DNA of 64,000 nt from positions 585,412 through 649,411 of the forward strand of contig CALSTU010000004.1 of NCBI GenBank assembly GCA_943789355.1, written 5' to 3'. Each line of letters starts with the position of its first letter. Within the stretch, counting starts at the first letter, position 1. The DNA comes from an uncultured Flavobacteriales bacterium. Its GTDB lineage: Bacteria; Bacteroidota; Bacteroidia; Flavobacteriales; UBA7430. The notes below the pieces were generated by a model, which was not told the origin of the DNA, did not search any database, and saw only the letters and a program-made list of their open reading frames with translations. The translations under genes were made by a program, and so were the position numbers. Below are positions 40,624 through 50,577 of the stretch, piece after piece.

Positions 40624-42075
40624 TTAAACATCTACACTTACCCCAATTAGGGTGGCAGAATTACATTCTGTGATCTTCACATTGACGTAATCTCCTGCCT
40701 TATAATTTTTTTTCGGGAATACAGCTACGGAGTTGTGTGTTGTTCTACCAAAAAGTTCTTGTTCAGATTTTTTTGATACGCCTTCAACCAAGACTTTAAA
40801 GGTTTTGCCAATTTTTGATTGATTGTGTTCCATCGAATGAGCTCTTTGCTTTTCGATAATTTCAGTCAATCTTCTCGATTTAACATCCTCCGGAACATCA
40901 TCTTCAAACTGTCGGGCAGCTTTGGTGTTTGGGCGTTCTGAATATTTAAACATGAATCCGTATTCAAATTTTACGTAATCCATCAAGCTCAGAGTATCCT
41001 TGTGTTCTTCTTCTGTTTCTGAGCAGAAACTCGAGATAATGTCTTGTGAGATGGCGCAGTCTGGTATGATTCTTTTGATGGCGTCAATACGTTGCATGTA
41101 CCATTCTCGGGTGTACCCCCTGTTCATCATTTCAAGGATTCTTGTATTTCCAGACTGAACAGGAAGGTGGATGTAGTCGCAAATATTTTCGTATTTCGCC
41201 ATGGTTTCCAAGACTTGATCTGTCATGTCTTGTGGGTGTGAAGTAGAAAATCGAATTCTCATTTCAGGACTCACAAGCGCAACTTTTTCCAACAGTTGTG
41301 CGAAGTTCACAGAGCTTGCTTGCTGTAGGCTTGAAAGCTTGTTGAAATCCATTTTCGCTCCCCCGCCATACCATAAATATGAGTCTACATTTTGACCCAG
41401 AAGTGTTATTTCTTTGTATCCTTTTTCATGAAGTTCCTTCACTTCATTTACGATACTCTCAGTATCTCTGCTTCGCTCTCTACCTCGGGTAAACGGAACA
41501 ACACAAAAAGTACACATGTTGTCACAGCCTCTCATGATGGATACAAAGGCAGTAACGCCATTACTGTTGAGGCGAACGGGGCTTATGTCTGCGTATGTTT
41601 CTTCTTTGGATAGTTGAACATTAACCGCTTTTTGGCCTTGGTCAACGGTGGTGATCAAGTTGGGTAAGTCTCGATATGCATCAGGGCCAACCACAATATC
41701 AACCAATTTCTCTTCCTCCAGGAATTTTGATTTAAGGCGTTCAGCCATGCACCCTAGGACTCCTACGGTCAAGTCTTTTTTGTTTTCTTTGAGTCTTTGA
41801 AAAGTCCTCAAGCGCTTGCGAACGGTTTGTTCCGCTTTTTCCCGGATGGAACAGGTGTTTACGAATATCACATCAGCCTCTTCTATATTTTTAGTGGTAT
41901 CGAATCCATGCTCTGAGAGTATGGATGCTACAATTTCACTATCGGAAAAGTTCATCTGGCAGCCATAGCTTTCAATATAAAGCTTTCTTTCGCCCGTTTT
42001 TGGGGTTTCAATCACAAGAGCTTCCCCTTGCTTTCCTTCGTCAATAACTTTGTTACCTGTATGGTATTGTTCCAT
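40624..42075 (-). CDS. miaB: tRNA-2-methylthio-N6-dimethylallyladenosine synthase MiaB
   Basis: N-terminal Cys triad (YGCQMN..., NTCSIREKA), radical-SAM motif CDNMCTFC, and a TRAM domain at the C-terminus. Confidence 0.92.
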   Translation of the reverse strand: MEQYHTGNKVIDEGKQGEALVIETPKTGERKLYIESYGCQMNFSDSEIVASILSEHGFDTTKNIEEADVIFVNTCSIREKAEQTVRKRLRTFQRLKENKKDLTVGVLGCMAERLKSKFLEEEKLVDIVVGPDAYRDLPNLITTVDQGQKAVNVQLSKEETYADISPVRLNSNGVTAFVSIMRGCDNMCTFCVVPFTRGRERSRDTESIVNEVKELHEKGYKEITLLGQNVDSYLWYGGGAKMDFNKLSSLQQASSVNFAQLLEKVALVSPEMRIRFSTSHPQDMTDQVLETMAKYENICDYIHLPVQSGNTRILEMMNRGYTREWYMQRIDAIKRIIPDCAISQDIISSFCSETEEEHKDTLSLMDYVKFEYGFMFKYSERPNTKAARQFEDDVPEDVKSRRLTEIIEKQRAHSMEHNQSKIGKTFKVLVEGVSKKSEQELFGRTTHNSVAVFPKKNYKAGDYVNVKITECNSATLIGVSVDV

Positions 42076-42094
42076 CTGTGTTGTTCTTTAATCT

Positions 42095-42102
42095 CAGCAA
42101 AA
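42095..42102 (-). promoter_or_regulatory. Candidate -7 box for miaB
   Basis: The minus strand reads TAATTTTG (fits TAnnTTTG), 19 nt upstream of the miaB ATG. Motif match only. Confidence 0.3.
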
Positions 42103-42274
42103 TTACAAAATGTAACAGTTCTGACAAACTGTCATGTAATTTTAGCGTTTAATTTTTTATTTAGACTGGTTGACTAAATATTTTTTTATGTAAAAAATTC
42201 TTTTAATTTATTAAAAGGGGTAGCCAATAACTAGATAATTCACCCACAATTAGGAAGATTGATAAAACTTATCA

Positions 42275-42282
42275 TAATTTTG
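42275..42282 (+). promoter_or_regulatory. Candidate -7 box for topA
   Basis: TAATTTTG (fits TAnnTTTG), 21 nt upstream of the topA ATG. Motif match only. Confidence 0.3.
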
Positions 42283-42303
42283 TACCAAATCTGAGAACTA
42301 AAT

Positions 42304-44643
42304 ATGGCAAAGAATTTAGTAATTGTAGAGTCGCCTGCTAAGGCAAAAACCATCGAGGGATTTCTAGGAAAAGACTTTAAGGTATTGTCGAGCTTTGGCC
42401 ACATTAGAGATTTATCGCACAAAGATATGGGTGTAGATATTTCAGGAGGCTTCATTCCAAACTATGAGGTTTCTACAGATAAGAAAGAGACCGTAAAGGC
42501 TTTGAAGAAGGAGGTTAAGACCGCAGAGGTTGTATGGCTGGCTACGGATGAGGACCGTGAAGGAGAAGCAATAGCATGGCACTTGGCGGAAACTCTAAAT
42601 CTGGAGAATAAGGAAACCAAACGAATTGTTTTTCATGAGATAACCAAAACGGCCATAACAAAGGCCGTTGATAATCCACGGGAAATCGATTACAATTTGG
42701 TAAACGCACAACAAGCTCGTAGAGTCTTAGACCGACTTGTTGGTTTTGAATTGTCGCCAGTTTTATGGAGAAAAGTAAAGCAGGGTTTGTCTGCAGGTCG
42801 AGTTCAATCTGTAGCTGTTCGTTTGTTGGTTGAACGGGAGCGGGAGATCAACAGTTTCAGTTCCAACGTTTACTATAAAATTGTTGCACAATTTAGCAAT
42901 GAGAATGGTCAGTCATTCAGGGCTGAAGTTCCGTCTCGGTTGTCTAGTTTAGAAGAGGCACAAGCCTTCTTAAAGCAGTGTGTTGGTGCTCAGTTTCGTA
43001 TCGATCAATTGGATAAAAAGTCCGCGACTAAGAGTCCCGCAGCTCCATTTACAACCTCAACATTACAACAAGAGGCAGCAAGGAAATTAGGTTTCTCTGT
43101 GTCGCAAACCATGACGGTTGCGCAACGTTTGTACGAAGCGGGTAAGATCACGTACATGAGAACAGATTCCGTGAATCTTTCCAACGACGCTATGTCGGCA
43201 ATCAAGCAAGAGATTGTTAACGAATATGGAGCGTCTTACAGCAACCCAAGAAGCTACTCTACGAAATCTAAGGGTGCTCAAGAGGCTCACGAAGCTATAC
43301 GACCCACCTATATGCATGAGCGTCAAGTTAGCGACGACTCGGGTCAGCAGAGGTTGTATGATTTGATTTGGAAGCGAGCTATTGCTTCACAAATGTCCAA
43401 TGCAAAACTAGAACGAACCACAGTCAAGATAGACCATTCCAATCACGAAAAGAATTTCGTTGCAAAAGGAGAGGTTATTGTTTTTGATGGGTTTTTAAAA
43501 GTATACCTCGAAGGAACGGATGAAGAAGGTGAGGATGAACAAGAGGGTATGTTGCCAAAACTTGAGGTTGGGGAAAACGTCGTCTATAAGAAAATGAGCT
43601 CAAGAGAGCGTTTTACAAAAGCTCCTGCAAGATTTACCGAAGCCAGTTTGGTGAAAAAATTAGAAGAGTTGGGGATCGGAAGACCTTCTACCTATGCTCC
43701 TACAATTTCTACGGTACAGCGAAGAGGCTATGTCGAGAAAGGTGAGGATGAAGGAACACTTCGTTCATACCACTATGTTGAGCTGATTGATTCAGTTGTC
43801 AAAACAGATGTTCTTGAAGAAAAAGCGGGATCAAAGAAAGGGAAGCTTTGCCCCACGGATATTGGTATGGTTGTTAATGATTTCCTAGTATCAAACTTTG
43901 ATTCGATATTAGATTACCACTTTACGGCAAATGTTGAGATGGAGTTTGATGAAATTGCATCTGGAGAAAAGTCATGGAATCAGATGCTTCAAAATTTCTA
44001 TGGAGATTTTCATGCTAAGGTAGAAGATGTCAAAGAAAATTCTGAACGAGCAGTAGGCCAACGACTTTTGGGTGTGGATCCCAAGACTGGGATGAATCTT
44101 TATGTAAGAATTGGTCGTTACGGTGCCATGGCGCAGTTGGGCGAGGGAACTGAGGAAGAGAAGCCAAAGTTTGCAAGTTTAAGAAAAGGACAGTCTATTG
44201 AGTCCATTTCTCTCCAAGAGGCGATTGATCTATTTAAACTACCAAGACAGGTTGGGCACTTTGAAGAAAAGGTAGTGACGGTAGCCATCGGTAGGTTTGG
44301 TCCTTACGTTCGTCACGACAGCAAGTTTGTGTCTTTAGGGGAATACGATCCAATGACCATTGAGTTGGATGCTTGTGTTGAGCTTATACAAGCCAAACGA
44401 AAGTCCGATGCGGAGAAACACATTCATACCTTTGATGACGAAGAGCCAAGCATTCAAGTCTTGCACGGAAGATGGGGCCCCTACATCAAAATGGAGAAAA
44501 AGAATTACAAGATTCCTAAAGATGTTGAGGCGGAGAGTTTAGATAGAGCTCAATGTGTTCACATCATAGAAAATCAGCCTAAAAAAACAAGAGGTAAAGT
44601 CAAGGCAAAGCCAAAGGCCAAATCGAAAGCGAAGAAAAAATGA
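42304..44643 (+). CDS. topA: DNA topoisomerase I
   Basis: Toprim domain (LVIVESPAKAKTI, ATDEDREGE), active-site Tyr region GKITYMRTDS, C-terminal GRFGPYV-type repeats and a lysine-rich tail. Confidence 0.95.
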   Translation: MAKNLVIVESPAKAKTIEGFLGKDFKVLSSFGHIRDLSHKDMGVDISGGFIPNYEVSTDKKETVKALKKEVKTAEVVWLATDEDREGEAIAWHLAETLNLENKETKRIVFHEITKTAITKAVDNPREIDYNLVNAQQARRVLDRLVGFELSPVLWRKVKQGLSAGRVQSVAVRLLVEREREINSFSSNVYYKIVAQFSNENGQSFRAEVPSRLSSLEEAQAFLKQCVGAQFRIDQLDKKSATKSPAAPFTTSTLQQEAARKLGFSVSQTMTVAQRLYEAGKITYMRTDSVNLSNDAMSAIKQEIVNEYGASYSNPRSYSTKSKGAQEAHEAIRPTYMHERQVSDDSGQQRLYDLIWKRAIASQMSNAKLERTTVKIDHSNHEKNFVAKGEVIVFDGFLKVYLEGTDEEGEDEQEGMLPKLEVGENVVYKKMSSRERFTKAPARFTEASLVKKLEELGIGRPSTYAPTISTVQRRGYVEKGEDEGTLRSYHYVELIDSVVKTDVLEEKAGSKKGKLCPTDIGMVVNDFLVSNFDSILDYHFTANVEMEFDEIASGEKSWNQMLQNFYGDFHAKVEDVKENSERAVGQRLLGVDPKTGMNLYVRIGRYGAMAQLGEGTEEEKPKFASLRKGQSIESISLQEAIDLFKLPRQVGHFEEKVVTVAIGRFGPYVRHDSKFVSLGEYDPMTIELDACVELIQAKRKSDAEKHIHTFDDEEPSIQVLHGRWGPYIKMEKKNYKIPKDVEAESLDRAQCVHIIENQPKKTRGKVKAKPKAKSKAKKK

Positions 44644-44645
44644 TT

Positions 44646-44677
44646 AAAATCCTCACCACTGGTGAGGATTTTTTTTG
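44646..44677 (+). terminator. Rho-independent terminator after topA
   Basis: Stem ATCCTCACC/GGTGAGGAT followed by T7. Confidence 0.85.
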
Positions 44678-44736
44678 TCATCACACATTTGTATGGCAAA
44701 CGTGCACTTCAACACGCATTTTTCTATATTTATCGA

Positions 44737-45861
44737 ATGGAATTAAAAGAGTATCTAGAAGCTTATCGGCCCGCATCAGAGATTGTGAGTCATGAAAGTG
44801 GACGCTTAGGTGGTTTTGTGCATTTTTACAACGAAGACTTTCGAGCAGAGCTGTTTTCTTATGATGTATTTATTGTTGGGGTTCCGGAAGGTAGAAGGTC
44901 TGTAAATAATGAAACTTGTGGGTTAGCCCCGGACAAAATCCGAGAGTCCCTTTATGATCTGTATCGAGGAGATTGGAGCAGCAGCATCTTAGATTTGGGT
45001 AACCTGAGAATTGGCAACGATGTTGATGATACTTATGTTGCCCTAAAAGAATTGGTAACATTTCTGGTTCAGAAGAAAAAGTGCTTGCTTGTTTTAGGAG
45101 GTGGGCATGATCTGATAACCCCTATTTACCGAGGTCATGCATCGTATGGAAATCTATTGAATTTCGCCTCTTTAGATGCTTATCTTGATTTTCAAGATGG
45201 TGATGAACATCATTCTAAATCTTTTTTATCCCCCTTATTAGCTTCTGATGATTCTTTGATTTCCCAGTATACCTTGTTGGGCTATCAATCGTACTTATGC
45301 TCCCCACAGGAGCTTCAATTACTGGAGCAGATGGATGTAAATCTTTTGCGCCTGGCGGAGGTAAATGCCGACATTCGAGAAACAGAACCCTGCCTAAGAG
45401 GTTTGGATCATTTGAGTGTCGATGTATCGGTCGTGAAATCATCTGAGGCTCCTGCATCGGAGCATGCATCTCCTAATGGAATTAGTGCAGCCGATCTGTG
45501 CGCTATGTTGCGCTATGCTGGAATGAGTCCAGCCTTAAATTCGGTTTTACTTTCTGAGCTAAATCCGCTTTTGGACTTGAATAATCAAAGTGCTAAAGCT
45601 TTTGCGCAAGCAATTTGGTATTTTTTGGAGGGGTATGAGATGCGAAGTGACGACTTAGCTGATCAAGAATTGAATAATTTTCAAAAATTTCACGTCAGTT
45701 CTGAATGGTCTGATTTGGTGTTTTACAAAAGCAAAGACTCAAGTCGATGGTGGGTGCAGTTGCCTTTGAAGGATTCGTTGTTACCTTGTTCATTTTTAGA
45801 TTATAAAAAGGCTATTGATGGTTTGATTTCAGATCGTATTGTGAGGTATCTTAAGTTTTAG
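44737..45861 (+). CDS. Arginase/formiminoglutamase-fold protein with a degenerate metal site
   Basis: The family motifs are recognisable but altered: GGGHD, DAYLD (normally DAHxD) and SVDVSV (normally SxDxD). There is a ~70-aa C-terminal extension. The ATG at 44737 is preferred because the longer ORF overlaps the topA terminator. Confidence 0.65.
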   Translation: MELKEYLEAYRPASEIVSHESGRLGGFVHFYNEDFRAELFSYDVFIVGVPEGRRSVNNETCGLAPDKIRESLYDLYRGDWSSSILDLGNLRIGNDVDDTYVALKELVTFLVQKKKCLLVLGGGHDLITPIYRGHASYGNLLNFASLDAYLDFQDGDEHHSKSFLSPLLASDDSLISQYTLLGYQSYLCSPQELQLLEQMDVNLLRLAEVNADIRETEPCLRGLDHLSVDVSVVKSSEAPASEHASPNGISAADLCAMLRYAGMSPALNSVLLSELNPLLDLNNQSAKAFAQAIWYFLEGYEMRSDDLADQELNNFQKFHVSSEWSDLVFYKSKDSSRWWVQLPLKDSLLPCSFLDYKKAIDGLISDRIVRYLKF

Positions 45862-46010
45862 TTTGCCTTTTTTAGCATTTAGAAATGATGATAAAAAGAC
45901 TTCAATCTTAAAAAAGATATCAAAGGTTGTTGGGGTAAAACATCTAATTTTTGTTTTTTTTTCTATCTTTAGCCCTCTCAATTTATGTGAGAGAATGGAT
46001 AATGCATTGT

Positions 46011-46943
46011 ATGAAGAAGATTGCAATATTATTTTTCGTTGTACTGAGTGGGCTTTTAAAAGCTCAACAAGACCCTCAGTTTTCGTTAAATATGTTTAAC
46101 ATATACTCAGTAAATCCCGCTTTTTCGGGAAGTTATGATCAATTTAACGCTTTGGCTATTCAACGTAGCCAATGGGTTGGTTTTGATGGTGCTCCTGTGA
46201 CTCAACACTTAAGTGTGGAGTCACCAGTTTACTTTTTGCATGGGGGTGTAGGTTTGAGCTTGCTCAATGATAAGATAGGACAAGAATACACCAAGCAGAT
46301 AAGCCTTTCGTATGCATATCAAACAAAGATTTCAAGACACTCGGAGTTGGGTTTAGGTCTTAACTTTGGATTCGTTAATTTAGGTGTGGATGGAGATTGG
46401 ATTGCTCCAGATGGTACAAACGGAAGTAATGATAATTTGATACCCAAAACGGCTTCCAATGATGTGATTCCAGATTTAGGATTCGGTTTGTATTACAGGA
46501 AGAAAGCATTGTATGTGGGGTATTCAATCACGCATCTGAATCAAGCGAAAGCCGTTTATGATGATGCCGCTGTAGATTTTAAATTGAGAAGACATCATTA
46601 TTTGATTTTAGGTTGGGAGTATGATGTAAGAAGCGATTTAGTTCTTCACCCATCCTTATATGTAAAAACAGATCAGGTTTCTACTCAAATGGATTTCAAC
46701 TTGAATGCAAAGTACGGAGATCACCTTTGGGGAGGAATGACCTATAGATTAGACGACGCTTTAGTCCTTATAGCAGGTTACAACATTAACGAAAACCTAA
46801 AGTTTGGCTATGCGTATGATATAACCACTTCAGATTTAAAATCTGAATCGAGTGGTTCACATGAAATTTTATTACGATATTCGTTCAAAATGCGCCCCCC
46901 TGGTAAGTTACCAACGCATTATCGAAATATCCGATATAATTAA
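46011..46943 (+). CDS. porP: PorP/SprF-family T9SS membrane protein
   Basis: The signal peptide is followed by QQDPQFSLNMFNIYSVNPAFSG (PorP/SprF signature). It lies directly upstream of gldK, as in porPKLMN clusters. An alternative ATG lies at 46002. Confidence 0.8.
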   Translation: MKKIAILFFVVLSGLLKAQQDPQFSLNMFNIYSVNPAFSGSYDQFNALAIQRSQWVGFDGAPVTQHLSVESPVYFLHGGVGLSLLNDKIGQEYTKQISLSYAYQTKISRHSELGLGLNFGFVNLGVDGDWIAPDGTNGSNDNLIPKTASNDVIPDLGFGLYYRKKALYVGYSITHLNQAKAVYDDAAVDFKLRRHHYLILGWEYDVRSDLVLHPSLYVKTDQVSTQMDFNLNAKYGDHLWGGMTYRLDDALVLIAGYNINENLKFGYAYDITTSDLKSESSGSHEILLRYSFKMRPPGKLPTHYRNIRYN

Positions 46944-46982
46944 TTGGAATTACTTGTTTGTAAATTGCAGAAAACAACAAAA

Positions 46983-48308
46983 ATGAGAAAGATACTTTTA
47001 CTTGGAGTTATAGCAGCAACTGTTTTTAGCAGTTGCAGTACTTCATCGAGAGGTGAATTAGTTGGTGTACAAGAACTGTCAGAATTCTACCCCACTGATC
47101 CCTATGGAATGGTGAAAATCGCAAGAGGAACATTTACTATGGGTGCCAATGATGGTGACGTGCCTTACGCACATACCACTCCAAAAAAATTGGTAACGAT
47201 GCACTCTTTTTACATGGACCAAACGGAAATCACAAACAACGAGTACCGTCAGTTCGTTCATTGGGTGAGAGACTCCATTGCCAGAACACTCCTTGCGGAA
47301 GCTATGGTTGAAGGATACGAGTATGTTGAAGAAACGCCTGAAGGAGAGTTTTTGGAAAATCCTTATTTAAATTGGGAAACTGCAATTGAATGGCAAGGTA
47401 ATGAAGAGCTTGAGCTTACCTTAGAGGAGTTGTATTTGCCTTTGGAGGAACGCATCATGGGTAACAAAGAGTATGACTCCAGGTCATGGAGTTACAAATA
47501 TTCATGGGTAGATAAATCTCCAGCCGCTCAGAGAGAAAATCGTTTTGACCCAGAAACCAACACGTACCGTGAAGGATTTTCTCGTCAAAATTTAGTGCAT
47601 CAAGCAGAGGTTCTTGTTTATCCAGATACGCTTGCTTGGGCGCATGACTTCTCGTACACTTTTAACGAGCCAATGTTCAATACTTATTTCTGGCACCCCG
47701 CTTACGGAGAGTATCCTGTTGTTGGAGTGAATTGGGAACAAGCTACAGCTTTCTGTAACTGGAGAACCAGCATACGAATGAAACAATTGAGCGCGTACCA
47801 ACAGAAGTATGAAACAGAATTCCGTCTTCCTACAGAAGCAGAATGGGAATATGCAGCTCGAGGAGGTAAAGAACATTCTATTTACCCGTGGGGAGGCCCT
47901 TACTCGAGAAATAGCAAAGGGTGCTTTTTGGCCAACTTCAAGCCTCTTAGAGGGGATTACCTCGCTGATGGTTATGCATTTACATCTCCCGCTGAGTCCT
48001 ACTCAAGAAACGACTACGATTTGTTCAATATGTCGGGTAACGTTTCGGAATGGACGTCGACACCATTTGAGCCAACAGCCTCTATGTTTGTTGCAGACAT
48101 GAATCCTTTCTACACCTATGATGCTGATGAGAATGCTCATCCAATGCTGAAGCGAAAGGTCGTAAAGGGTGGTTCATGGAAAGACGTAGGCGCATTTTTA
48201 CAAGTCGCAGCTAGAGATTATGAATATCAAGATACGGCTAAGTGTTACATCGGGTTCCGATGTGTGAAAACTTATGCAGGAGTAGAAACTGTTGACTTCG
48301 GTTATTAA
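46983..48308 (+). CDS. gldK: Gliding motility/T9SS lipoprotein GldK (PorK), FGE-sulfatase fold
   Basis: Lipobox ATVFSSC. SUMF1/FGE-like motifs (RLPTEAEWEYAARGG, VVKGGSWKD, IGFRCV). About 440 aa, directly upstream of gldL. Confidence 0.85.
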   Translation: MRKILLLGVIAATVFSSCSTSSRGELVGVQELSEFYPTDPYGMVKIARGTFTMGANDGDVPYAHTTPKKLVTMHSFYMDQTEITNNEYRQFVHWVRDSIARTLLAEAMVEGYEYVEETPEGEFLENPYLNWETAIEWQGNEELELTLEELYLPLEERIMGNKEYDSRSWSYKYSWVDKSPAAQRENRFDPETNTYREGFSRQNLVHQAEVLVYPDTLAWAHDFSYTFNEPMFNTYFWHPAYGEYPVVGVNWEQATAFCNWRTSIRMKQLSAYQQKYETEFRLPTEAEWEYAARGGKEHSIYPWGGPYSRNSKGCFLANFKPLRGDYLADGYAFTSPAESYSRNDYDLFNMSGNVSEWTSTPFEPTASMFVADMNPFYTYDADENAHPMLKRKVVKGGSWKDVGAFLQVAARDYEYQDTAKCYIGFRCVKTYAGVETVDFGY

Positions 48309-48330
48309 TCGGCAAAAAACTTTTTAGGTT

Positions 48331-48966
48331 ATGATGAAATTTTTTGAAAGCAAGCGAGGTAAAGACATCATGTCTAAGCTCTATGGATGGGGAGCATCGG
48401 TTGTAATATTGGGTGCCATGTTTAAAATCTTACACTGGGACGGTGCCGATTTGATGCTTACCATTGGATTGACCACGGAAGCTTTAATATTCTTTGTTTC
48501 CGGTTTTGAGAAGCCACACAGTGAATATGATTGGTCTCTCGTATACCCACAGCTAAACGGAAAGAAAGCTGCACCCGAAAGCCCCGTTGAGGAGCTTGAT
48601 CAGATGCTTGAAAACGCAAATGTAGACCAAGAATTAATTCAAAGTTTAGGAGAAGGCCTGAAGAAGGTAAGTGATGCCGCAAACGGATTGGGATCAGTAG
48701 CTGATATTGCTTCAAGTACAAACGATTACAGCAGCCAGGTTTCTGCCGCAGCTAAAAACCTTGAAAGCATCAATTCTTTGTACGAAGCACAAATAGCATC
48801 TACAACGGAGCAAACTGAGGCAACTCGCCAAATGGCCGAGAATATGAATTACTCCTTAAGTGATGCCCAACAAATGCAAGAAGAGTTGGCTCAACTGAGA
48901 GAGAATTTGAATGCATTGAATGGTGTTTATGGAAACATGCTTAGTGCCATGAATTCCAATAAATAA
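48331..48966 (+). CDS. gldL: Gliding motility/T9SS protein GldL (PorL)
   Basis: Two N-terminal TM helices (YGWGASVVILGAMFKILHW; TIGLTTEALIFFVSGFE) and a cytoplasmic coiled C-terminal part. Position in gldKLMN. Confidence 0.85.
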   Translation: MMKFFESKRGKDIMSKLYGWGASVVILGAMFKILHWDGADLMLTIGLTTEALIFFVSGFEKPHSEYDWSLVYPQLNGKKAAPESPVEELDQMLENANVDQELIQSLGEGLKKVSDAANGLGSVADIASSTNDYSSQVSAAAKNLESINSLYEAQIASTTEQTEATRQMAENMNYSLSDAQQMQEELAQLRENLNALNGVYGNMLSAMNSNK

Positions 48967-48990
48967 TTATAACACTTAAAACAACGATTA

Positions 48991-50559
48991 ATGGCTTCAG
49001 GAAAAGCTTCACCAAGGCAGAAAATGATCAACATGATGTATCTCGTGCTGACTGCCTTATTGGCTCTAAACATCTCCAAAGACATGTTGAAAGCTTTTGC
49101 AAAGGTTAACGACTCTTTGAAAGCCAATCTTGAGAACATCAACCAACAGTCTGATGTGCTTTACGCTCAATTTGAAGAAAGTGCATCCAATTTCCCAGAG
49201 AAGGTAGGTGTTCAATTTGATCTCGCCCAAGATGTGCAGTCGAAGGCCGATGAGTTGAATCTTTACATTCGTAATCTTTCAGATTTATTGATTGAAAATA
49301 CCGGAGGGTATAAAGAAGGAACAGAGGATCCCAAAGGAGCGGATAACAAATCAAAGGTGTCAAACTTAATGCTTATGAAACCCGACCTGATGGGGCAGGA
49401 GCTTCGTAATAAAATAAACGATTACAGAGATTTCTTACTGAGACTTGACGTTGTTCAGCGTGACGAAGAGCTCAAGAATGTCATTGCTTCTAATTTTGAT
49501 ACACAAGACGTCCTTAAAGATGAGATTATGGTTCCTTGGGAAGTAGGAACGTTTAATAATGTTCCGCTCATAGCAGTTTTAACATTTTTATCGCAATATC
49601 AAGTCGATGCCACTACCGTAGAGTCAAAAATTGTAGAGTCCTTATATGCAAGTGTTTCTGCTGATGATATGAAATTTACTACGGTGATACCGCAAGTTAT
49701 TTCGTCAAAAAATTACATCATGCAAGGCGATAGCTTCAGAGCTGAAATTTATTTAGCAGCCTTTGATTCTACACAATCTCCTGAAGTTTTGGTGACCAAC
49801 CGATTTAATCCAGACGGCTCTCCTAATTTTACAATGTCTGATACCATAGGAGTTTCCAATTTAGGCGTAGGTCAATACAACGTTGTAGCAAAAGGATTAG
49901 GTACTCAGAAACGCGCTGCAAGAATTTTATTGACCACTGAAAAAGGTGTCATCCCTTACGATGAGGTTTTTGAATACCAAGTAGCTCAGCCTATGGCTAT
50001 AGTTTCTCCAACAAAAATGAATGTTTTTTACAAAGGTGTTCCAAACCCTATTGATGTATCGGCTCCCGGATTTTCTCCAGAAGATTTACAGGTGTCTGGA
50101 TCCAATGTAACCCTTAAAAAAATTAAGCCCGGCCAGTACGAAGCTATTGTTGCAAAAAAAGCAAGGGGTGAAGCTAAAATCACGGTCAAGGCCAACGGCA
50201 GGAATGTTGGTAGTCCGATGAAATTCAGATTGAAAAGAATTCCTTCTCCAACAGCAAGTATCAATGGAAAGAAAGAGGGTACTATGTCTAAAGGTAAATT
50301 GAGTAAAGCTCAAGGTATTTTAGCCTCATTGCCAAATTTCCCATTTGACTTGAAGTACAAAGTAGAGTCCTATGATGTTCGTCTTAAGGATGGAGAGTAT
50401 ACAAAGACGATTAAAGTTAAAGGAAACAAGTTTACCCCTGAGGTAAAAGAGAAAATCATAAAACTAAAACCAGGTTCTGACATCTCGTTTACAAACATCA
50501 AAGCCAAAGGGCCTGATGGACGTAAACAATGTGGAGCCATAGTGTTAACAGTACAGTAA
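48991..50559 (+). CDS. gldM: Gliding motility/T9SS protein GldM (PorM)
   Basis: N-terminus RQKMINMMYLVLTALLALNIS (single TM segment), about 520 aa periplasmic, in operon position. Confidence 0.88.
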   Translation: MASGKASPRQKMINMMYLVLTALLALNISKDMLKAFAKVNDSLKANLENINQQSDVLYAQFEESASNFPEKVGVQFDLAQDVQSKADELNLYIRNLSDLLIENTGGYKEGTEDPKGADNKSKVSNLMLMKPDLMGQELRNKINDYRDFLLRLDVVQRDEELKNVIASNFDTQDVLKDEIMVPWEVGTFNNVPLIAVLTFLSQYQVDATTVESKIVESLYASVSADDMKFTTVIPQVISSKNYIMQGDSFRAEIYLAAFDSTQSPEVLVTNRFNPDGSPNFTMSDTIGVSNLGVGQYNVVAKGLGTQKRAARILLTTEKGVIPYDEVFEYQVAQPMAIVSPTKMNVFYKGVPNPIDVSAPGFSPEDLQVSGSNVTLKKIKPGQYEAIVAKKARGEAKITVKANGRNVGSPMKFRLKRIPSPTASINGKKEGTMSKGKLSKAQGILASLPNFPFDLKYKVESYDVRLKDGEYTKTIKVKGNKFTPEVKEKIIKLKPGSDISFTNIKAKGPDGRKQCGAIVLTVQ

Positions 50560-50577
50560 TTTAAAGAAACAGCGATC

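Noticed and set aside
44662-44736. The upstream extension of the arginase-fold ORF to 44662. Similar extensions exist at 45951 (porP), 46944 (gldK), 61422 (era), 39469 (lptE), 19363 (hydrolase) and 28401 (murG).
   Set aside because: The extension runs through the topA terminator hairpin. The others overlap upstream genes, or precede much better starts (signal peptides, lipoboxes, conserved N-termini).
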